This document shows positions 57,429-64,000 of a DNA stretch of 64,000 nt, piece by piece. The translations under genes and the position numbers were made by a program. Each line of letters opens with the position of its first letter. Position 1 is the first letter of the stretch. The notes under the pieces are model-generated. The model did no database searches and had not been told where the DNA came from. It worked only from the letters and a program-made list of their open reading frames with translations. This stretch comes from Pirellula sp. (lineage in GTDB: Bacteria; Planctomycetota; Planctomycetia; Pirellulales; Pirellulaceae), in NCBI GenBank assembly GCA_031374925.1, contig JANMHA010000203.1, positions 388-64,387 on the forward strand, given 5' to 3'.

Positions 57429-59315
57429 CTAAACCAGCTGGAACAGATCCGCGTATTTGGGCTCGAGCGACAAGAGCTGTGTCGCACGCTCTGACATCGC
57501 AGAAATGGTCAAAAATGGATTGCAGGCGATTGCGGTTGGGAAAATGGCACCATCGCAAACATATAGACCTTCATGAACACGATACTCTCCTGTCGCTTCA
57601 TCGAAATCGCCGCCACGGACGGTATCGTAAACTTGGCCCTTGTGATTGATAACGCCGCTTCGTGGTTCGTCGCTCATCCCGCATCCCCCCAATGGATGAA
57701 CCGAGATCATTTTGTCGCCAAAGACTTTCAAGTATTTGTATTTGCCACCATGTCCGTGCGCGAGACGGGAAAATTCTTCGCGAATAAGCCTTCGATAGTC
57801 GCTGTCCAATAGGCCAGGCCACGAAACAAACGCATTCCCGTTGTCTTCTAAAAACAGTTTGCCCTCTTGACGATCATGTCCCATTCCCAGCATGACTTGC
57901 GTTTGATCGAGATCCAAATCCTGCATCAAATAACTCAAGGCATTTGCGTAGGACCGTGCCGCAACTCCTTCTTGGATCAAGACGCGGTCAAACAGATTTG
58001 GCCTGTCAGGATAGGTCACATTGGTTTGGATGGTTGGCCCGATACGACGGCCTTGCGGATCTTGCGCGCTGAAGCCCGCGATGTTGGTTGGGAAATCTGT
58101 TTTGCGTACAAAACCAAGCGCGTCTCCATTGCCTGTCCAGTTACTGCCTAACTGACGAGAGAAGTCAAGATGCTCACTTTGCGATCGCATTAGAATCTCA
58201 GAACTGCCTATGCTACCTGCGCCGAGGACAACAACGCGAGCCGTCGTAGAGCCCTCTCGCTCTGTGTGTCTACCTTTTTCATCTCGATGAAAATAGATGA
58301 AATTCACCTTCCAAAAATCACCGCATTTCTCAATATCGCGTACCTCCGTTTGGGTGAACATCATGGTCCCGTTCCGCCGAGCAATGGGGAGATAGTTCAT
58401 GGCCAGCGTGTTTTTTGCCCCAACATTGCAGCCTGTCAAACAGTCTCCGCAATCGATGCATTCACGTTGGACCATCCCTTGGCGATTCAAAACCGGCAAC
58501 GCGTGCCCCTGAAACGATCGAGTTATCGTTAGAGCCGCCGCTTCAAAGTGGCAGCCATAATCTCGTAGACTTTCGGCGGCCAGCCTTTGCGCCTTCATTT
58601 TGCAAGTCCAATCGATAGGCTCGCTCCTTACTCCGAGCTCGTACTCGGCTTGATCGTAGTAAGGGGACAAATAGTCGATTTCGCGTAAAGCTTGAGGCCA
58701 CTGAGTTTGCAAGAATACTTCACGATCCGCACGAAGGGCAACGTTGGCATTGATCAGAGATGAACCGCCTAGTCCGCTGCCACTGAGCACGGATATCTCG
58801 TCGCATTGAACAACGTTGAATAATCCCGTCGGATTGTTTAGGTCACGTTTGTGACGTCCGAAAAGTTTTAAACGGGAGTTGTCGGTTACATCCTTGAGCA
58901 CATCTGGAAAGGTTCCAGGAACCCATTCGCGTCCTCGCTCGAGCAAGGCGATACGCGAGCCTGGAAGCATTTTTTCGCTGAGTCGTGCGGCGGAAATAGA
59001 CGCGCCATAGCCAGAACCAACCACCAAAACATCGAATTGCCATGGCTTGCCGTTGGGGGGCATGCCGAACAAGCACCGTGGGTCCGAAGCCATCGATCCA
59101 CCGAACGGTTTCATGTTCCGAGCGTAGTCGGCCCTGGCTGTTTCTTTGTACATCGATGGCGATGACTTTCGACGCGTTAAAACGTCGGGCAAAGAACCAA
59201 GCGAGAGGTCTGCCTTTGCCGATTGTGCCGATACAGCCAAGCCTGCGACCGCGATCGTCGCATCCTTGAGCAACTGTCGACGACTCAATTCCTGAACAGG
59301 TTTCTTGGGGGTCAT
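57429..59315 (-). CDS. Tat-exported GMC oxidoreductase, cholesterol-oxidase-like
   Basis: SRRQLLK Tat motif; VVGSGYGASISAARL, LERG, GSGLGGSSLINA, CIDCGDCLTGC, VHPLGGC, NPFLTISA. Confidence 0.88.
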   Translation of the reverse strand: MTPKKPVQELSRRQLLKDATIAVAGLAVSAQSAKADLSLGSLPDVLTRRKSSPSMYKETARADYARNMKPFGGSMASDPRCLFGMPPNGKPWQFDVLVVGSGYGASISAARLSEKMLPGSRIALLERGREWVPGTFPDVLKDVTDNSRLKLFGRHKRDLNNPTGLFNVVQCDEISVLSGSGLGGSSLINANVALRADREVFLQTQWPQALREIDYLSPYYDQAEYELGVRSEPIDWTCKMKAQRLAAESLRDYGCHFEAAALTITRSFQGHALPVLNRQGMVQRECIDCGDCLTGCNVGAKNTLAMNYLPIARRNGTMMFTQTEVRDIEKCGDFWKVNFIYFHRDEKGRHTEREGSTTARVVVLGAGSIGSSEILMRSQSEHLDFSRQLGSNWTGNGDALGFVRKTDFPTNIAGFSAQDPQGRRIGPTIQTNVTYPDRPNLFDRVLIQEGVAARSYANALSYLMQDLDLDQTQVMLGMGHDRQEGKLFLEDNGNAFVSWPGLLDSDYRRLIREEFSRLAHGHGGKYKYLKVFGDKMISVHPLGGCGMSDEPRSGVINHKGQVYDTVRGGDFDEATGEYRVHEGLYVCDGAIFPTAIACNPFLTISAMSERATQLLSLEPKYADLFQLV

Positions 59316-59467
59316 CCCGAATTCCAACGATTTAAGGGGGCGCATCCGAGTTCGGCGACGCTTACGCGTTTCTCACATCGATTTATCGGCCCATACAATC
59401 CCTATCGGTTGCAAAACGGAATCGACGGTAGCGGTCGACGCAGCCCCCCCAGTCTGCCAAAGCGAAC

Positions 59468-59580
59468 TCCGTTTTGGCGTCCTATGCTGGTCGAGTCAGG
59501 AGCGGAGTGCGTCACGTCGCCTACAGCTAGATAGGACGCCAAAACAAGGTTGAGGGGAGACAAGCTCCCACTCAACCTGA
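59468..59580. mobile_element. Truncated copy C of the nested-palindrome element
   Basis: 15-bp IR gttttggcgtcctat / ataggacgccaaaac followed by aaggttgag...caagctcccactcaacct, as in copies A and B. Confidence 0.7.
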
Positions 59581-59685
59581 ACAAGCGTTGGAGGAAGAAC
59601 TTCGCAGTTCTACTGGGATGGCCTCTCCCCCTGACTATCCCTGACTAGGCAGGGCAAACAATACTGCAAAGCGCCTTGTCACAGC

Positions 59686-60468
59686 TTAGACCGGAAAGCC
59701 GAAATGCTTGGTTCCAGCCCACGAACTGCCATCCCAATCGATTACACCCTTTAACCATTGCTCAACGTCGGCGGAAAATGCACTCAACAGAACCTCTCCT
59801 TTTTCTTTGCTAGCCAAGTGAGGCCATCCGATATGGCCGATACTGCTGCGGTCCTTGGTCGTCCATGCCCGACTGGCCGGTTGGAAAGCACCTCCAGGTT
59901 CGATGATAGGCGCATTCCTGAAGTCGCCAACCAAATCGGGGCGAAGCGCCAAAACCATAGAGGTTTCCCATTCGCATGCGTGTCCCATCTCGCGTTGCTC
60001 GATGGTTGGATCCTTCTTCCATGGTTCCGTTCCCAGTCCCCAATAAGTCGCCATCAATAGCAATAGATCCTTGCGAATGCGATTGCGTTGACGAACTTCA
60101 AAAAGTGCCTGTTTGGCTGGGACGTCATTCCCGCCGTGACCGTTGAGCAGCACAATCCTTTTGAAGCCATAGGAAAGTAGGTTTTCCACCAAGTCGTTGA
60201 GAACATCCAGGTACGTGCGGCTTGAAGCCGAAAGGGTCCCGAAAAAATCCAGATGGTGATCCGAGTTTCCGAGCCATAACAACGGCGCCACAAGGATTTG
60301 CTTGCTAAGCGATTTCTCAACCAATTCCACGATTTCGCCCAGCAAAAGGCTGTCTGTCCAAACCGGCAAGTGGTCACCATGTTGCTCAATGGCTGCGATG
60401 GGAATGACGACCGGCGTTGATCTGGAAATGGCACCGATTTTGGGAGAGCTAAGTTCTACAAGTTTCAT
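59686..60468 (-). CDS. Creatininase family amidohydrolase
   Basis: IEQHGDHLP...D, SDHH, NGHGGN, HACEWETS. Confidence 0.92.
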   Translation of the reverse strand: MKLVELSSPKIGAISRSTPVVIPIAAIEQHGDHLPVWTDSLLLGEIVELVEKSLSKQILVAPLLWLGNSDHHLDFFGTLSASSRTYLDVLNDLVENLLSYGFKRIVLLNGHGGNDVPAKQALFEVRQRNRIRKDLLLLMATYWGLGTEPWKKDPTIEQREMGHACEWETSMVLALRPDLVGDFRNAPIIEPGGAFQPASRAWTTKDRSSIGHIGWPHLASKEKGEVLLSAFSADVEQWLKGVIDWDGSSWAGTKHFGFPV

Positions 60469-60616
60469 GTTTGAGTACGACTTTGGTTTCTTTAGGATTC
60501 GATCAGAAAGAAGACGCATTCTACGTCGTGTCTACGGGCAGTGAAGTGCACACGCTATAATGCCGGTCCAGTCTTCGATGACGCTTCCACTACCTACCCA
60601 TCCTCCGAGGTTTTCC

Positions 60617-61969
60617 ATGTCCATCTTATCCGATGTTTCAAGGCGTCGATTCCTGCAGCTTACGGCCGGAGGTTCGATTGCGTGTACGCTTGTCGGTTCA
60701 TCGGTTCGAGCTAGAGCTCAAAACGACAAGGTCAACGTTGCATTCGTCGGCGTTGGTGGACGTGGAGGAAGCAATTTAAGCACCCTATACGATACCGGGT
60801 CCGTCAACGTAGTTGGTATTTGCGACGTGAACAGCCAACACTTGGACAGGACTGCCGAGCGACACAAGCGAGCACGGCGTTATACCGATTTTCGGCGGCT
60901 GATGGATGAACTGACCGACGTGGACGCGGTGGTTGTTAGCACGACCGAACATACGCATGCGTTTGCAACCCTGCCGGCCTTGCAGCTAAAGAAGCATGTC
61001 TACTGCGAAAAGCCGCTGACACACAACATTGGTGAATCGCGACGAATCATGCAAGCGGCTGCGGAAGCCAAAGTGGCGACCCAAATGGGTACTCAGATTC
61101 ATGGGATGCCAAACTATCGACGCGTGGTCGAGTTGATCCAATCCAAAGCGATCGGGAATGTCTCCGAAGCCCACGTGTGGACATCGCGAGCATGGGGACT
61201 GCAAAGCAAAGAAGATTCTGATGCAAATAAGGACATCGTCTTTGTCACCGACCGCCCAGCGGAGGGCATGGCGCCACCTGCCCATTTGGACTGGGACATG
61301 TGGATTGGTCCCGCACCGACGCGACCTTATCACGAAGTCTATTTCCCTGGCCCGAAATGGTATCGATGGTGGGATTTTGGGAGTGGAACCATGTCCGATC
61401 TCGGCAGTCACATGAACGATTTGCCGTTCTGGGCACTTAAGCTCGAGTCACCTAAAACGGTTGAAGCCATCGGTGACAAACCGCATCGCGAGATTGCGCC
61501 CGCGTCGATGACAGCCATCTGCGAATACGCTGCTCGAGGCGATCTGCCCCCTTGCAAAGTCACGTGGTACCAAGGGACACACAAGCCACAAATATGGAAG
61601 GACAAAGGCATTCCGCAGTGGAATTCCGGCATTTTATTCATTGGCGACAAGGGGATGGTTCTTTCCGACTATGACAAACATGTGCTGTTACCGGAGGAAC
61701 AGTTCAAGGACTTTGTTCGCCCAGAACAGTTCATTCCGAATTCGCCGGGGCAGCACGCGGAATGGCTGAATGCGATTCAAAACGGCACTCCGACGGGGAG
61801 TCCGTTCAGTTATGCCGGTCTGTTGACCATTGCCAACCATCTCGGCAATGTCGCGTTTCGATCGAACCAAAAGCTGGATTGGGATGCAAGCAAACTTCGA
61901 GCAACCAATTGCCCTCAAGCCGACGAGTTCATATCGAGAACTCCTCGCTCCGGTTGGTCGTTGGCGTAG
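60617..61969 (+). CDS. Tat-exported Gfo/Idh/MocA oxidoreductase
   Basis: [40 protein letters not shown]. Confidence 0.93.
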   Translation: MSILSDVSRRRFLQLTAGGSIACTLVGSSVRARAQNDKVNVAFVGVGGRGGSNLSTLYDTGSVNVVGICDVNSQHLDRTAERHKRARRYTDFRRLMDELTDVDAVVVSTTEHTHAFATLPALQLKKHVYCEKPLTHNIGESRRIMQAAAEAKVATQMGTQIHGMPNYRRVVELIQSKAIGNVSEAHVWTSRAWGLQSKEDSDANKDIVFVTDRPAEGMAPPAHLDWDMWIGPAPTRPYHEVYFPGPKWYRWWDFGSGTMSDLGSHMNDLPFWALKLESPKTVEAIGDKPHREIAPASMTAICEYAARGDLPPCKVTWYQGTHKPQIWKDKGIPQWNSGILFIGDKGMVLSDYDKHVLLPEEQFKDFVRPEQFIPNSPGQHAEWLNAIQNGTPTGSPFSYAGLLTIANHLGNVAFRSNQKLDWDASKLRATNCPQADEFISRTPRSGWSLA

Positions 61970-61974
61970 ACCAA

Positions 61975-62155
61975 GTGCCGGACGCTGCCGTGGCGGACGC
62001 TGCCGTGGCGGACGCTGCTAGCGTCCGTACCCTCCTGCAAAATTACTATATTACTATGCTGTAATCTCCAAACTTAAAATACTCATGACCCGTAATTTTT
62101 GAAATCCATAAACTCCTGAAGAAAAGGGACGCCGACGCTAGCAGCGTCGGCCACG
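61975..62155. repeat. Left-flank GTGG REP doublet of the RAYT
   Basis: 15-bp tandem gtggcggacgctgcc ending in a full REP at 62004-62027, with an inverted REP at 62132-62155. Confidence 0.9.
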
Positions 62156-62167
62156 GTTGGCCACGAC

Positions 62168-62929
62168 ATGCGAGAAATGGTGACGCGAGGTGACTTGCCG
62201 CATTGGTACGTGCCTGGGGCCGCTCATTTCGTCACCTATCGCCTTACCGATACGATTCCAATAGACGTCCTCGGTCGTCTGCGAGCAGAACGCGAACTCC
62301 GCCTTCTGCTTCTAGGCAAACGTGGTGCTGACAATTGGGACACCAAATCGAAAGCTCACAAGCAGTTTTTTGCAGCTTACGATCAATATCTAGACCAAGG
62401 CCTTGGCCATCTCTGGTTAGAGAGCGAGCAAGTCGCCAAGATCATCATCGACAATCTCTATCACCACCACCAAACCAAGTATCAATTGCTTGAATACACC
62501 GTGATGCCGAATCATGTGCATGTGTTGTTGGTGCCGATGGAGATTGATACGGACGCTAGCAGCGTCCGCCACGTTGCCGATGCTGCTAGCATCCGTGTTC
62601 CAAGCATACCAACAGACTTTGTCGTCGAACGAGATTACTTTTCCGACGAAGTGCCGGATACTCAAAGTCCGCTAACGAAAATCATGCCTAGTTTGAAAAG
62701 CTACACGGCGAACGAGGCCAACAGATTTCTGAACCGAGAAGGTCGATTTTGGCAACGCGAATCGTATGATCATTGGGTTCGCGACCATGAAGAACTTGGG
62801 AGGATCGCGGAGTACATCGTGCAGAATCCAGTTCAAGCGAAATTGGTGGAGAATGCTTGGGACTGGCCTTTCGGTTCCGCTTACGATCGAAAACATGTTC
62901 GCGAAAAACGATTGCCGGAATGGTGGTGA
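62168..62929 (+). CDS. REP-associated tyrosine transposase (RAYT/TnpA-REP, HUH Y1 family)
   Basis: LPHW...HFVTYRL, VMPNHVHVLL (HUH), LKSYTA, FWQRESYDHWVR, YIVQNPV; flanked by REPs on both sides. Confidence 0.93.
   Translation: MREMVTRGDLPHWYVPGAAHFVTYRLTDTIPIDVLGRLRAERELRLLLLGKRGADNWDTKSKAHKQFFAAYDQYLDQGLGHLWLESEQVAKIIIDNLYHHHQTKYQLLEYTVMPNHVHVLLVPMEIDTDASSVRHVADAASIRVPSIPTDFVVERDYFSDEVPDTQSPLTKIMPSLKSYTANEANRFLNREGRFWQRESYDHWVRDHEELGRIAEYIVQNPVQAKLVENAWDWPFGSAYDRKHVREKRLPEWW
62550..62595. repeat. Back-to-back REP pair embedded in-frame in the RAYT CDS
   Basis: cggacgctagcagcgtccgccacg plus cgttgccgatgctgctagcatccg, read as TDASSVRHVADAASIR. Confidence 0.85.
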
Positions 62930-62931
62930 CC

Positions 62932-63118
62932 CGTGGCTGATGCTGCTAGCATCAGCACCACTGTTCCAAAACCGGACTCAAGACCTGAGTTAAGTGTAGT
63001 ATCTTTTGGTTCTAGGCATTTCTGAAAATCGCTTTCCGACGCTAGCAGCGTCGGCCACGGCACCGCCAGCGTCGGCCACGGCACTGCCGGCATAAGCCAC
63101 GGCACTGCCAACATCAGC
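62932..63118. repeat. Right-flank GTGG REP doublet plus decaying 21-bp tandem half-REPs
   Basis: REP at 62932-62955, inverted REP at 63036-63059, then cagcgtcggccacggcacNgc-like units. Confidence 0.88.
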
Positions 63119-63131
63119 AATAACATCAACG

Positions 63132-63172
63132 AAAAAACCTCGGCTGGACGTTGGGTTCAACCGAGGCTTTTG
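63132..63172 (-). terminator. Probable bidirectional intrinsic terminator
   Basis: aaaaaa-cctcggctggac-gttgg-gttcaaccgagg-ctttt. Confidence 0.75.
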
Positions 63173-63243
63173 AAAAGGTTAGGATAACAATCGAAGACAT
63201 GTGCTAAGTTGACGGAGGCCAATCTTTGCGTTGTGCTTCTTGG

Positions 63244-64000
63244 CTAGTCGAGGAACCCGACTAGTTCTTGGGATCGGCTTGGTTGTTGAAGTTTGCGGAC
63301 CGCTTTGGCTTCAATTTGACGAATGCGCTCACGCGTCACTTTGAAGATGTGGCCCACTTCCTCCAGTGTATAGCTGTAACCATCCCCGAGCCCATATCGG
63401 AGTTTGATGATTTCGCGTTCGCGGTAACTCAGTGTTTTCAGGACTGCGTTGATACGAGTGCGAAGCATCTCTTGTCCGGCCCCGATGGCGGGGCTCTCGG
63501 CCGTTCCGTCGGGCAGCAAGTCGCCAAATTGGCTATCTTCGCTGTTACCGACTGGACGATCGAGCGAGATCGGGTACCGGCTCATAGCCAATACACGCCT
63601 AGCTTCTTCAATTGTTGTTTCCGCACGACGAGCGGTTTCCTCGAGGGTCGGCTCGCGCCCCAACTCCTGCAGCAATTGCCGCGAAACATTTCGGACTCGC
63701 GACATGGTTTCCACCATGTGCACGGGGATTCGGATGGTTCGGCTTTGGTCTGCAACAGCACGGGTAATGGCCTGACGTATCCACCAAGTGGCGTACGTAC
63801 AGAACTTAAAACCGCGACGATACTCAAATTTATCGACAGCTCGCATCAGTCCTGCGTTTCCTTCCTGGATCAAATCCAGGAAGCTCAAACCGCGATTCCG
63901 ATACTTCTTGGCGATGGAAACGACTAAACGAAGATTGCCTTCGCTCAACTGCTTTTTGGCGCGTTGATACTCGGTGAAAACTTTTTTTACCATCTTTACG
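63244..64000 (-). CDS. RpoD/SigA-family sigma-70 factor, 5'-truncated by the window edge
   Basis: [57 protein letters not shown]; region 4 [20 protein letters not shown]. Confidence 0.95.
   Translation of the reverse strand, partial: VKMVKKVFTEYQRAKKQLSEGNLRLVVSIAKKYRNRGLSFLDLIQEGNAGLMRAVDKFEYRRGFKFCTYATWWIRQAITRAVADQSRTIRIPVHMVETMSRVRNVSRQLLQELGREPTLEETARRAETTIEEARRVLAMSRYPISLDRPVGNSEDSQFGDLLPDGTAESPAIGAGQEMLRTRINAVLKTLSYREREIIKLRYGLGDGYSYTLEEVGHIFKVTRERIRQIEAKAVRKLQQPSRSQELVGFLD

Noticed and set aside
62168-62929. IS200/IS605 insertion sequence
   Set aside because: No tnpB, and it is flanked by multiple dispersed REP doublets with RAYT-type motifs, so a domesticated RAYT fits better.
63268-63927. 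219-aa plus-strand ORF
   Set aside because: Antisense shadow of the sigma-70 gene.

Overview
This window is chromosomal DNA from a planctomycete, most likely Pirellulaceae-like. The evidence is DUF1559, PEP-CTERM, PVC-type heme protein, DUF1570 and BBP7-like genes, plus typical intergenic palindromes. It holds about 47 protein-coding genes, and I found no rRNA, tRNA or CRISPR array. Housekeeping genes: infA, recR, rplY-pth-rpsF-ssb-rplI, a lone groES, rimO-pgsA and a partial sigma-70 factor. The main points of interest are: (1) a left-edge operon encoding a tandem-cNMP-domain/4x[4Fe-4S] protein, a His-rich membrane protein and a multiheme cytochrome c with at least 8 CxxCH motifs, which the supplied ORF track missed; (2) a REP-associated tyrosine transposase (RAYT) with its GTGG-type REPs on both flanks, inside its own reading frame and up to 55 kb away; (3) several other covarying palindromic repeat families, including a ~290-350 bp nested-palindrome MITE/REPIN-like element; (4) a Cys-rich repetitive secreted protein, a CX5R-domain/cytochrome c' fusion, and a TM-less GspF/PilC-like protein coupled to rplI. 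All calls come from reading motifs by eye; no database searches were run.
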